Shown here one piece after another: positions 20,179 to 29,745 of a stretch of DNA of 32,000 nt. Made by a program: the position numbers and the translations under genes. The stretch's first letter is position 1. Each line of letters starts with the position of its first letter. The notes under the pieces are model-generated. The model was not told the origin of the DNA. It ran no database searches and saw nothing but the letters and a program-made list of their open reading frames with translations. Source of the stretch: a secondary endosymbiont of Trabutina mannipara (lineage in GTDB: Bacteria; Pseudomonadota; Gammaproteobacteria; Enterobacterales; Enterobacteriaceae); NCBI RefSeq assembly GCF_900090215.1, contig NZ_LT594522.1, positions 120,001-152,000 on the forward strand. The letters are read 5' to 3'.

Positions 20179-22599
20179 TCAATATTTGTGAATCAACAAA
20201 GAAGTATTCTTATTTAATAATTTTATAGAATTTTCATTCCTCAAGTAGGCGTTAAATTTAATTTTTAAGTAAAAAATACATTTATCAATGATATCTGTAA
20301 TTTCTTTTTCTTCAAGAGTATGATTTTTATTTTGTAAAATTAAGCTAATAGCTATGCTTTTAAAACCTTTTTTTATACCATACCATATATCGAATATAGT
20401 TATGTTAACTAATTGATTTCCAATAACTTTTTTACATTCGTTAATAATATCTGCAACAGCAACATTATCAGACACTACAATAGCTATATCCCGTCGATTA
20501 GCTGGAAATTTAGAAATATCAATTATTTTATGAACTTTACACTTAATAACTTTATCCCATAGAAACTCAAATACTAAAGTACGACTCTTTAAATTCAATT
20601 TAGCCTCAATTTCAGGATGAATCACACCAATGAAACCAATAAATTCCTTTTGAAAATAAATTGCTGCACTCTGACCTGGATGTAAAGCTGGGTGCTGTTG
20701 TACTCTAAATTCAATATCTTCTAATTTACCAAGAATATCAAATATTGCTTCAATATCGCCTTTAATGTCATAAAAATCTACTAATTTTTGTTCCTTATCC
20801 CAGTATTCATTGAATAGAGTACCAGTAATTACTCCAGCAAACATAAAATCTTGACGAATTCCAATTTCATTTTTATTATCAGGAATGAAACAAAATCCGC
20901 TTTCAAATAAACGTATCCGTTGTTGCTGGCGATTCTGATTATAAATTAACGTATCAATAAGTCCGGTCCATAACGACAACCGCATAACAGACCTATTTGA
21001 TGAAATAGGACTTTGTAGTACCAAGGGTACCTGATACGGATGAAACAGAGCTTGTTTTTTAGGATCAACAAAACTATAGATAATAGTTTCCTGATAGCCT
21101 CGATCTACCAGTAACATTTTTACTCTTGCTAGCTGCAGTGATTCACTAGAAGGTGATATTGTTAAATTAGCACGTACTGGGACACTAGGAATCATATTAT
21201 AACCGTATAATCTTGCAATTTCTTCTATTAAATCTTCTTCAATAGATATATCAAAACGCCATATTGGCGCTGTAACTTGCCAGTAGTCTTCCTTGGTGTA
21301 TCTTCTAACTTTGCAACCAATACGGGTTAAAAGATCGTTAACATCATCATTTTTGATAATATGTCCAATTATCCTATCTAGTTTTTTTCTGTGTAAAATT
21401 ATAGTATTTGACTGTATAATTTTGGATGTTATATCCATAACTGGTCCAGGTTGTCCACCACAAATAGCTACTAATAGTTCTGTAACTCGCTCTATAGCTA
21501 GCTGTTGCATAGTTGGATCTACACCTCGTTCGTAACGATGTAGAGTATTAGTACGTAATTTATAGCGACGGGCAGCACCAGTTATAATTAAAGGATTGAA
21601 GAATGCACATTCTAAAAATAAATTACATGTAGATGAATAATTAATACAAGAATTAGCACCTACTATAATTCCTGCTATTGATAAAACTTTACTGTAGTCA
21701 GCAATAACTAACGTATCAGAAGTTAAAGTAATGTTACTACCATTAACTAATGTTAATAGTTCATTTTTTCTTGCATACCTAACTAAAATACCGCTTTCAA
21801 TGCTATCAAAATCAAAAATATGTGTTGGTTGTCCTAGTTCTAATAGAACATAATTAGTAATATCAATTATAGCGTCTATCGACTGATAGCCGCAGCGACG
21901 TAATTTTTCTTTCATCCATAATGGTGTTCTGATGTTGATGTTTATATTTTTAACTATTCTTCCTAAATAGCGAGGACAGGCATCAGCAACGTCCACACCA
22001 ATAAATATCTTATCGTTGATAACTGGTAATACTGTATTATTGATAGTTTTTTTTAAATTTATACGATTAAAAACTGATATCTCGCGGGCAATGCCCAACA
22101 ATCCTAAGCAATCTGTACGATTTGGCGTTATGTTTATATCAAGAATGTTATCTTCAAGCTGAAGATATTCACGAATATCTTTGCCTATTGGTGCATCTTC
22201 TGGTAGTTCTATTATGTAGTTATTATTTCCCTCAATACCTAATGTAGGAAATGAGCACAGTATACCTTCTGAAACAAAATTTGATTTTTTAAAAGTTACA
22301 GGAAGTACAGCACCTGTAGTTGCTACAGCAACTATTAAATTTTTGCGGCAATTTTTAGCTTCACAGGCAATATTATGTAGTATTTTATCACCAATATCTA
22401 CTGTAGTAATAAATAATTTATCATTATTGATGTGTGGCCTGCATTCTACAATTTTTCCAATTACCACTCCAGTAAAATTTCCGGCAACTGGTTCTATGCT
22501 GTTAACTTCTAGTCCAGCCATAGTCATTTGATCTGCCAAGGTGTTACTATCTATTGCCAGGTTCACCCATTCACGCAGCCAAAATTCACTGAATTTCAT
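20179..22599 (-). CDS. pheT: phenylalanyl-tRNA synthetase beta subunit
   Basis: 806 aa, colinear with E. coli PheT (795 aa) from MKFSE.WLREWVN to ..FNAYLRN (FQASLRD), then about 18 extra C-terminal residues (ENSIKLLNKNTSLLIHKY) before TGA. This looks like a stop-codon shift. Confidence 0.96.
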   Translation of the reverse strand: MKFSEFWLREWVNLAIDSNTLADQMTMAGLEVNSIEPVAGNFTGVVIGKIVECRPHINNDKLFITTVDIGDKILHNIACEAKNCRKNLIVAVATTGAVLPVTFKKSNFVSEGILCSFPTLGIEGNNNYIIELPEDAPIGKDIREYLQLEDNILDINITPNRTDCLGLLGIAREISVFNRINLKKTINNTVLPVINDKIFIGVDVADACPRYLGRIVKNININIRTPLWMKEKLRRCGYQSIDAIIDITNYVLLELGQPTHIFDFDSIESGILVRYARKNELLTLVNGSNITLTSDTLVIADYSKVLSIAGIIVGANSCINYSSTCNLFLECAFFNPLIITGAARRYKLRTNTLHRYERGVDPTMQQLAIERVTELLVAICGGQPGPVMDITSKIIQSNTIILHRKKLDRIIGHIIKNDDVNDLLTRIGCKVRRYTKEDYWQVTAPIWRFDISIEEDLIEEIARLYGYNMIPSVPVRANLTISPSSESLQLARVKMLLVDRGYQETIIYSFVDPKKQALFHPYQVPLVLQSPISSNRSVMRLSLWTGLIDTLIYNQNRQQQRIRLFESGFCFIPDNKNEIGIRQDFMFAGVITGTLFNEYWDKEQKLVDFYDIKGDIEAIFDILGKLEDIEFRVQQHPALHPGQSAAIYFQKEFIGFIGVIHPEIEAKLNLKSRTLVFEFLWDKVIKCKVHKIIDISKFPANRRDIAIVVSDNVAVADIINECKKVIGNQLVNITIFDIWYGIKKGFKSIAISLILQNKNHTLEEKEITDIIDKCIFYLKIKFNAYLRNENSIKLLNKNTSLLIHKY

Positions 22600-22614
22600 G
22601 TGGTGATTTTATCC

Positions 22615-23598
22615 TTATTTAAATTGTTTTAAAAAACGTAGATCATTTTCGAAAAATGCACGTAAATCTGTAATGTTATAATAAATCATTGTTAATCGTT
22701 CTATTCCTATGCCGAAGGCAAAACCAGAATATATATCTGGATCTATTCCAACATTACGTAATACATTTGGGTGTATCATGCCGCAGCCCATAACTTCAAG
22801 CCAATTACCTTTTTTTCTCATAAGGTCTACTTCTGCTGAAAGTTCCGTAAATGGAAAATAAGATGGACGGAAACGTATTTGTATATTTTCTGAAAAAAAA
22901 TTACACAGAAAATCATGCAAGGTTCCTTTTAAATTAGTAAAACTGATATTAGTATCAATAATGAGTCCTTCAATCTGATGAAACATAGGAGTGTGTGTAT
23001 AGTCGTAATCGTTACGGTACACTCTTCCTGACGAAATTATCCTAATTGGGGGCTTCTGCAATTTCATAATACGAATCTGTACACCAGATGTATGAGTACG
23101 TAATAATCTAGTATTATCTAACCAAAATGTATCTTTATTGGTACGAGCTGAATGATGCGATGGAATATTTAGTGCATCAAAATTATGATAAGTATCTTCT
23201 ATTTCAGGACCGGTTACTACCGAAAAACCTAATGTACCGAAAAAATATTCAATACGAGCAATGGTATCAGATATTGGATGAAGACCTCCGTTTTCCATAC
23301 GTCGTCCTGGCAGCGATATATCTAAAGTATCATTTGCTAGTTTTATATCAAAAGTCAATTTTTCTAAAATAATTTTTCTTTTATTTAGTTCTTTTTTAAA
23401 TTCCTGCTTTACTTTGTTTAATATAGCACCTACGAAAGGTCTTTCTTCAGGAGCTAAATTACGCAAATTATTAATTTCCTGAGAAAAAAAACCTTTTTTA
23501 CCTAAATATTTGATGCGTATTGAATCTAATGTAGTAGTATCCTGAGACTGTTCAATTTCTTTTTTAGCCTGCGCAACCAAATCTTCAATTTTTGGCAT
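22615..23598 (-). CDS. pheS: phenylalanyl-tRNA synthetase alpha subunit
   Basis: 327 aa (same length as E. coli PheS). Blocks HP...T...I...F, R.HTS.VQ.R, class II motif 3 SGFAFG.G.ERL. GAGGA lies 5 nt upstream of the ATG, only 24 nt after the rplT stop. Confidence 0.97.
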   Translation of the reverse strand: MPKIEDLVAQAKKEIEQSQDTTTLDSIRIKYLGKKGFFSQEINNLRNLAPEERPFVGAILNKVKQEFKKELNKRKIILEKLTFDIKLANDTLDISLPGRRMENGGLHPISDTIARIEYFFGTLGFSVVTGPEIEDTYHNFDALNIPSHHSARTNKDTFWLDNTRLLRTHTSGVQIRIMKLQKPPIRIISSGRVYRNDYDYTHTPMFHQIEGLIIDTNISFTNLKGTLHDFLCNFFSENIQIRFRPSYFPFTELSAEVDLMRKKGNWLEVMGCGMIHPNVLRNVGIDPDIYSGFAFGIGIERLTMIYYNITDLRAFFENDLRFLKQFK

Positions 23599-23622
23599 TA
23601 CTTCCTCTAGATAAAAAAGTTA

Positions 23623-23979
23623 TTACGTTAACGCTCCTTTTGCTTTATCTACTAAAACCGTAAAAGAAGATTTATCAAATACGGCTATATCAGCTAATAT
23701 TTTACGATCAATATTAATTGATGCTTGTTTAAGTTTATTTATAAACTTGCTATAACAAATATTGTTTTGACGAGCTGCGGCGTTAATACGAGTAATCCAC
23801 AATTTACGGAACTGACGTTTTTTTTGACGTCGATCACGATAAGCGTATTGACCTGCTTTTGTAACTGCCTGAAAGGCAACTCTATAAATTCGAGAACGAG
23901 CACCATAGTAACCTTTTGCTTTTTTTAATATTTTTTTGTGACGTGCACGTGCTACCACACTACGTTTTACGCGAGCCAT
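23623..23979 (-). CDS. rplT: 50S ribosomal protein L20
   Basis: 118 aa. [62 protein letters not shown] is almost identical to E. coli L20. AGGAG is present upstream. Confidence 0.97.
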   Translation of the reverse strand: MARVKRSVVARARHKKILKKAKGYYGARSRIYRVAFQAVTKAGQYAYRDRRQKKRQFRKLWITRINAAARQNNICYSKFINKLKQASINIDRKILADIAVFDKSSFTVLVDKAKGALT

Positions 23980-24037
23980 ATAATATTATAATATCTCCTG
24001 AAATTTTTATTCAATTCTTCATAAGATTATGTGTCTG

Positions 24038-24229
24038 TCAGACCAGACAACGCATAACTAAACCTAAATCACTTTTAGAAACCATAGTTTTTTGATGCAG
24101 ATGACGCTTACGTTTAGTTGCTTTTTTAGTAAGAATATGACGCATATTAGCATGTTTACGTTTAAAACCTCCTGAAGCAGTTTTTTTAAAACGCTTTGCA
24201 GCACCACGTACTGACTTAATTTTTAGCAT
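24038..24229 (-). CDS. rpmI: 50S ribosomal protein L35
   Basis: 63 aa. [37 protein letters not shown] matches E. coli L35. AGGA is present upstream. Stop TGA. Confidence 0.95.
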   Translation of the reverse strand: MLKIKSVRGAAKRFKKTASGGFKRKHANMRHILTKKATKRKRHLHQKTMVSKSDLGLVMRCLV

Positions 24230-24261
24230 AAAATTTATTCCTAATAGGAACTGAATATTAT

Positions 24262-24810
24262 TTAGGTCTTACACTGTTTCTTTGGTGCAAGAAACATAAT
24301 CATCTGTCTTCCTTCAATATTGGAAGGAAAAGATTCTACAAAAGCTATTTCACTCAAATCATTACAAATACGGTTGAGAACTTCAATACCAATATGCTGA
24401 TGTGATATTTCCCGTCCTCTAAAACGCAGAATAATTTTAGCTTTGTCGCCTTCTTCAAGAAAGCGAATTAGGTTACGTATTTTTACCTGATAGTCATTTT
24501 TATCAGTACTAGGACGAAATTTAATTTCCTTAACCTGAATAACCTTTTGTTTTTTCTTTTGTTCTTTAGCTAATTTACTTTTTTCATAAATAAATTTTCC
24601 GTAATCCATAATTCTGCAAACTGGAGGATCTGCATTGGGGCTGACTTCAATTAAATCAACACCAGCTTCCTCAGCTTTTTCAATTGCTTCATTTATACTA
24701 ACAATACCAATTTGCCTACCATCTATATCTGTTAGACGAACCTCTGCGTTACGTATTTCTCTGTTAATACGATTAGAACGCATAGATTGAATTCTTTTTC
24801 CGCCTTTAAT
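24262..24810 (-). CDS. infC: translation initiation factor IF-3, ATT (AUU) start codon
   Basis: The track ORF begins at an internal Met (24783). Extending nine in-frame codons upstream gives ATT-AAA-GGC-GGA-AAA-AGA-ATT-CAA-TCT = (M)KGGKRIQS + [11 protein letters not shown]. This is colinear with E. coli IF3 [20 protein letters not shown], which also starts at AUU. An in-frame TAA (the thrS stop) lies two codons further up. Confidence 0.9.
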   Translation of the reverse strand: MKGGKRIQSMRSNRINREIRNAEVRLTDIDGRQIGIVSINEAIEKAEEAGVDLIEVSPNADPPVCRIMDYGKFIYEKSKLAKEQKKKQKVIQVKEIKFRPSTDKNDYQVKIRNLIRFLEEGDKAKIILRFRGREISHQHIGIEVLNRICNDLSEIAFVESFPSNIEGRQMIMFLAPKKQCKT

Positions 24811-24813
24811 ACT

Positions 24814-26742
24814 TTATTCCTCCAGTTGATAAATATTATAGTTAGCAATTTCTTGCTTCAATTTTGCAATAAAATCTTTGACATTAATTCTACCTAGATC
24901 TTTACCGCGGTTTGTACGTACTGCAACATTGCTTGTTGCCATTTCTTTATCTCCACATACCAGCATGTAAGGTACTCTACGTAATGTGTGTTCACGAATT
25001 TTAAGTCCTATTGTTTCATTTCTCAAATCTGCTTTTACTCTAATACCTTCTGCTGACAATTGTTCCGTTAATTTTGCAACATATATTGATTGATTATCAG
25101 TAATGTTCATTACAACTACCTGCAAAGGAGCCATCCAGGTAGGGTAAAAACCAGCATATTCTTCTGTTAAAATACCAATAAATCGTTCTATTGAACCTAA
25201 TATAGCTCTATGTATCATAACAGGAGCTGTTCGTACATTATTTTCTCCAATATAGAAAGCATTCAAACGACCAGGAAGAGAAAAATCTAGTTGTACAGTA
25301 CCACATTGCCAGGATCTATCTAAACAATCAAGAAGTGTAAATTCAATTTTGGGACCATAAAAAGCCCCATCTCCAGGTTTATATTCAAAAGTAATATTAT
25401 TCTCAATTAGCGCAGTAGCTAAATAATGCTCTGCGCGGTTCCAAGTATCATCATTGCCGATACGCTTTTCTGGACGGGTAGATAGTTTAACCAATATATT
25501 TTCAAATCCAAATGTACTATATACATTATACACCATTTTGATGCAATTGTTTACTTCATCTTGTATTTGATCTTCAGTACAGAAAATATGAGCATCATCT
25601 TGAGTAAAACCACGCACTCGCATCAATCCGTGTAGCGATCCTGAAGGCTCATTACGGTGACAACTACCAAATTCTGCCATCCGTACCGGAAGGTCGCGAT
25701 AAGACTTTAATCCTTGATTAAAAATCAACACGTGGCCAAGGCAATTCATTGGTTTAATACAATATTCACGATTTTCTGATGAAGTAGTGAATATATTTTC
25801 AGCGTAATTATCCCAGTGGCCTGTTTTTTCCCATAATACTCGATCTATCATAAAAGGTCCTTTTACTTCTTGATACTGATATAATTTAAGTTTACTACGT
25901 ATAAAAGATTCTAGTTCTTTAAAAATAGTCCAACCATCATTATGCCAGAATACCATACCTGGAGCATCTTCTTTTATATGATAGAGGTCAAGCTGTTTAC
26001 CAATTTTACGATGATCACGCTTAACTGCCTCTTCTAATTGTTGCAAATAAGTATTTAACTTTTTTTTATTCTCCCAAGCAGTGCCGTAAATACGTTGTAG
26101 CATTTTGTTTTTGTTATTACCGCGCCAGTATACTCCTGAAATTTTTTCAATAGAAAAATTATGGCAAAAACGTATATTAGGAACATGTATTCCACAACAT
26201 ATATCTATATATTCTTCGTAATGATATAATTCTAAATAAGTATTACGACTAATCTCTTCATCTAAAAACGCTACTTTATAATCTTCTCCTCTATTTATAA
26301 AAATATCTCTAGCCTGCTTCCAGCTAACTTTTTCCTTAATAATATCATAGTTTTTTTCTGCTAGTTTATGCATCCTTATTTCTAATAAATTTAGATCATT
26401 TTTAGTTAGAGAAATATCTCTATCAATATCATAATAAAAACCTTTATCGATAATAGATCCTATTACCATTTTTGTATTTGGCCACAATTGTTTTATAGCA
26501 TGTCCTAATAAATGAGCACAGGAGTAGCGAATAATTTCTAAACTAACTTCATCTTTAGCAGTAAAAATAACAATTTCGGCATTGTGATCAATAATATCAA
26601 CAGCATCTACTAGTTTTCCGTTAACGCTACCTGCAATACAATACTTTGCTAATTTGGGACAGATATCTCTAGCAATATCAATTGTAGAAACAGGATTTGC
26701 AAACTTACGCTGAATTCCACTAGGAAGAGTTATAACCAACAT
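24814..26742 (-). CDS. thrS: threonyl-tRNA synthetase
   Basis: Colinear with E. coli ThrRS over 642 aa (M.VITLP.G.QR .. [17 protein letters not shown] .. KQLEE-like C-terminus). The longest ORF starts at 26790, but ATG 26742 (MLVITLPSG vs MPVITLPDG) has AAGGA 7 nt upstream and matches the E. coli N-terminus. Confidence 0.95.
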   Translation of the reverse strand: MLVITLPSGIQRKFANPVSTIDIARDICPKLAKYCIAGSVNGKLVDAVDIIDHNAEIVIFTAKDEVSLEIIRYSCAHLLGHAIKQLWPNTKMVIGSIIDKGFYYDIDRDISLTKNDLNLLEIRMHKLAEKNYDIIKEKVSWKQARDIFINRGEDYKVAFLDEEISRNTYLELYHYEEYIDICCGIHVPNIRFCHNFSIEKISGVYWRGNNKNKMLQRIYGTAWENKKKLNTYLQQLEEAVKRDHRKIGKQLDLYHIKEDAPGMVFWHNDGWTIFKELESFIRSKLKLYQYQEVKGPFMIDRVLWEKTGHWDNYAENIFTTSSENREYCIKPMNCLGHVLIFNQGLKSYRDLPVRMAEFGSCHRNEPSGSLHGLMRVRGFTQDDAHIFCTEDQIQDEVNNCIKMVYNVYSTFGFENILVKLSTRPEKRIGNDDTWNRAEHYLATALIENNITFEYKPGDGAFYGPKIEFTLLDCLDRSWQCGTVQLDFSLPGRLNAFYIGENNVRTAPVMIHRAILGSIERFIGILTEEYAGFYPTWMAPLQVVVMNITDNQSIYVAKLTEQLSAEGIRVKADLRNETIGLKIREHTLRRVPYMLVCGDKEMATSNVAVRTNRGKDLGRINVKDFIAKLKQEIANYNIYQLEE

Positions 26743-26825
26743 ACTGATTTCCTTATAGTATTTATTATCAGTAAAAACGTTATATATCATGATTATTGCA
26801 TAAGAATTTTTCTTATTAGCTATTT

Positions 26826-28337
26826 TTATTTTGGACGTAAAGTAGGAAATAAAATTACGTCATTAATGGTATGATTATTAGTTAATAACATAATTAGGCG
26901 ATCAATACCGATACCTAAACCTGCAGTAGGCGGCAAACCGTATTCGAGAGCAGTTATATAGTCTTCATCATAAAACATAGCTTCATCGTCGCCGTTTTTT
27001 TTTGCCTTAGCTTGCGCTAATAAGCGCTCAGCTTGATCTTCAGCATCGTTAAGCTCTGAAAAACCGTTACCAATCTCACGGCCACATATGAAAAATTCAA
27101 AACGATCTGATAAAAAATGGTTTTCGTCATTGCGTCGTGCCAGCGGCGATACCTCAGCTGGATAGGCAGTAATAAATGTTGGTTGTATCAGATAATTTTT
27201 AGTTTTTTTTTCAAAAATCTCTGTCTGTAACCTACCAAGACCCCAACTTTTATTTATCTTTATTCCTAAATATTCAGCGATATTTGTAGCAGATATCATG
27301 TTTTCTATCATTTGAGGCCTAATTTCTGGGCAATAATGGCATATTGCCTCCTTCATTGTTATCTGCTTAAATTTTTTGCTAAAATCTAATTTTTTATCAC
27401 CATAATAAATCAAGTTTGTTCCTAGTACTTTTTTTGTTAAAGTTTTAAAAAACTTTTCAACAAATAGAATTAAGTCAAGATAATCAGCATAGGCTATATA
27501 AAGTTCCAACATAGTAAACTCAGGATTATGTCGTGGAGATAATCCTTCATTGCGAAAGTTACGGTTAATTTCAAATACACGTTCAAAACCTCCTATTACT
27601 AATCTTTTTAAATAAAGTTCTGGTGCTATACGTAAATACAGATCAATATCTAGTGCATTATGGTGTGTAATAAAAGGACGAGCGGTAGCACCACCAGGAA
27701 TAGTTTGCATCATTGGCGTTTCTACTTCCATAAAATCATTATCTATCATAAAACGACGAATTTCTTCCATGATACGAGAACGAATTTTAAATGTTTTACG
27801 TGATTTTTCGTTAGTAATAAGATTAAGATAACGTTGTCGATATTTATTTTCTTGATCAGCTAACCCATGAAATTTATCAGGAAGTGGACGCATTGCTTTA
27901 GTTAAAAGTCTAATTTCTATGCAATGTACAGATAATTCTCCGGTACTTGTTTTGAATAAACGACCACGTGCTCCTATAATGTCTCCAAGATCCCATTTTT
28001 TGAAATGTTCGTTATAGTAAGTTTCATATATATCGTTACAGCTAATGTATAGCTGAATTTTTCCACCAATATCCTGCAAGGTAACAAATGATGCTTTTCC
28101 CATAATACGGCGGGTCATCATTCTACCAGCAATACTGACTTCTATATTTAAAGCTTTAAGCTCTTTATTATTTTTATTACCGTATTTGGTATATAGCTGG
28201 TTTGAAACAGCATTTTTTCGAAAATCATTAGGAAAAGCGATACCCTGCTGGCGCAGTAAGGTTAGTTTTTCATGACGCGAACGTAGTTCATTATTTTTTT
28301 TTTTAGAAATAGCACTATTATGTAAATGTTCAGACAT
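26826..28337 (-). CDS. lysS: lysyl-tRNA synthetase (class II)
   Basis: 503 aa, colinear with E. coli LysS (505 aa): [118 protein letters not shown]. It follows prfB by 9 nt as in the E. coli prfB-lysS operon. Contains in-frame A11, A9 and A9 runs. Confidence 0.96.
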   Translation of the reverse strand: MSEHLHNSAISKKKNNELRSRHEKLTLLRQQGIAFPNDFRKNAVSNQLYTKYGNKNNKELKALNIEVSIAGRMMTRRIMGKASFVTLQDIGGKIQLYISCNDIYETYYNEHFKKWDLGDIIGARGRLFKTSTGELSVHCIEIRLLTKAMRPLPDKFHGLADQENKYRQRYLNLITNEKSRKTFKIRSRIMEEIRRFMIDNDFMEVETPMMQTIPGGATARPFITHHNALDIDLYLRIAPELYLKRLVIGGFERVFEINRNFRNEGLSPRHNPEFTMLELYIAYADYLDLILFVEKFFKTLTKKVLGTNLIYYGDKKLDFSKKFKQITMKEAICHYCPEIRPQMIENMISATNIAEYLGIKINKSWGLGRLQTEIFEKKTKNYLIQPTFITAYPAEVSPLARRNDENHFLSDRFEFFICGREIGNGFSELNDAEDQAERLLAQAKAKKNGDDEAMFYDEDYITALEYGLPPTAGLGIGIDRLIMLLTNNHTINDVILFPTLRPK

Positions 28338-28346
28338 ATAAGTTCC

Positions 28347-29445
28347 TTATAGCCCTGCTTTAAGACTAGCTTCAATAAATTTATCCAAATTTCCATCTAG
28401 TACTGACTGAGCATTACGTGTTTCCATACCAGTACGGAGATCTTTAATTCGAGACTTATCAAGTACATACGAACGAATCTGACTACCCCAGCAGATATCA
28501 GATTTATTTTCTTCAATAGCTTTTTTTTCAGCATTTTTTTTCTGTAGCTTAAATTCATATAGTTTAGCTTTCAGCTGTTTTATTGCTTGATCTTTATTTT
28601 TATGTTGGGAGCGATCGCTTTGGCATTGAGTAACAATATTAGTAGGCAAATGGGTAATTCTAACTGCAGACTCGGTCCTATTAACATGCTGACCACCAGC
28701 ACCTGAGGCACGGTAAACATCAATGCGTAATTCTGTTGGCTTAATCTCTATATCAATATCATCGTCTATTTCTGGATAAACAAAAGCAGAGCTAAAAGAT
28801 GTATGGCGTTGTCTACCAGAATTAAATGGACTTTTACGTACTAAACGATGTACACCAGTTTCAGTCCGTAACCAACCGTAAGCATATGGTCCTATTACCT
28901 TAATAGTAACTGATTTAATACCAACTACTTCTCCTTCTGATTCTTCTATTATTTTAGTTTTAAAACCATGATATTCTGACCAGCGCAAATACATTCTAAG
29001 CAGCATACTTGCCCAGTCCTGCGCTTCAGTTCCACCAGATCCTGCTTGAATATCTACATAGCAATCAGCACTATCGTACTTTCTAGAAAACATCTTGCTA
29101 AATTCTAACTGTCCTAATTTAACTTCTAAACTAGATAGTTCCCTTTTAAGTTCTATAAATATTTCTTTTTCGTCGTCTTCTGACGCTATTTTGAATATAT
29201 CAGTGATATTTTCTAAATCATGGATAAACTGATCAATAGTTTTAACAATATTTTCTAGATATGAACGCTCTTTTACCAAAAATTTTGCCAATTTTGGATT
29301 TTGCCATATTTCTGGTTGTTCCAACTTTATTTTTAATTCTGCAAGACGTTCCTTTTTAATATCATGATTAAAGATACCCCCTTATAAAGGTTATTCTTTC
29401 TGATATATTTTTAATGTGGTTTTTTACTAAATTAATTTCAAACAT
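28347..29445 (-). CDS. prfB: peptide chain release factor 2, requires +1 programmed ribosomal frameshift at codon 26
   Basis: Frame 0 runs from ATG 29445 for 25 codons ([25 protein letters not shown]) and ends CTT TAA (29373..29368). The +1 frame from 29369 to 28347 (341 codons including the stop) reads [22 protein letters not shown].. and carries GGQ ([11 protein letters not shown]) and the SPF loop (RKSPF). Total 365 aa, as in E. coli RF2. GGAG lies 11 nt upstream of the ATG. The TTG 'start' at 29324 in the ORF track is an artefact. Confidence 0.93.
29368..29382 (-). promoter_or_regulatory. RF2 +1 frameshift cassette AGGGGG-TAT-CTT-TAA (internal SD, spacer, slippery CUU U, in-frame stop UAA)
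   Basis: Read directly. AGGGGGTATCTTT is identical to the E. coli prfB recoding site as I remember it. The stop is TAA followed by T, instead of TGA followed by C. Confidence 0.88.
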
Positions 29446-29570
29446 AAAATAATGTTCTCCTTCCAGCTAGCATTAGCAGCAGCTATCGCTATTAGCTAAA
29501 ATAATACTAGTGTAATTATTTACAAATAGAAATAATTACTTAAATTGCTTTTATGCAATGTTTGGAAAAA

Positions 29571-29745
29571 TTATGATAAAAGTAAATTTAAATAGATGCT
29601 GATGATGTTTTTAATTTTATCGTAATAAGATAAAAATTTATTGTATCCCCTAACTATATTAAGCGCCATTAAGGCCGTTTTTGTATCCAAAACTTTACGT
29701 AATTGAGATATATTTTGTATTTTTTTCATGATTTCAAGCCAACGA
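29571..29745 (-). pseudogene. degQ: out-of-frame 3' remainder of degQ (rest of PDZ2)
   Basis: After the premature TGA (29746-29748), a second frame reads K-CDMIVGLKS* (E. coli DegQ KDDVIIGVNR). A third frame, ORF-track ORF 29571..29768, reads KKIQNISQLRKVLDTKTALMALNIVRGYNK (RVNSIAEMRKVLAAKPAIIALQIVRGNES). Two separate 1-nt deletions, near 29756-29759 and near 29732-29734, explain the frame changes. Confidence 0.8.

Noticed and set aside
26743-26790. The 16-codon N-terminal extension of thrS in the longest ORF ([16 protein letters not shown]..), and the TTG starts given for the prfB fragment (29324) and trxB (3621).
   Set aside because: The extensions have no counterpart in the E. coli proteins. 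The internal ATG of thrS has a good SD. The prfB 'start' is an artefact of the programmed frameshift.
26743-26825. The thrS leader, considered as a conserved ThrRS operator (tRNA-Thr anticodon-arm mimic), and AAGAA-AAA-TTCTT after the lysS stop as a terminator.
   Set aside because: I could not find a convincing anticodon-like stem-loop with a CGU/GGU loop in the 83-nt spacer. The 5-bp A/T stem has no following U tract.
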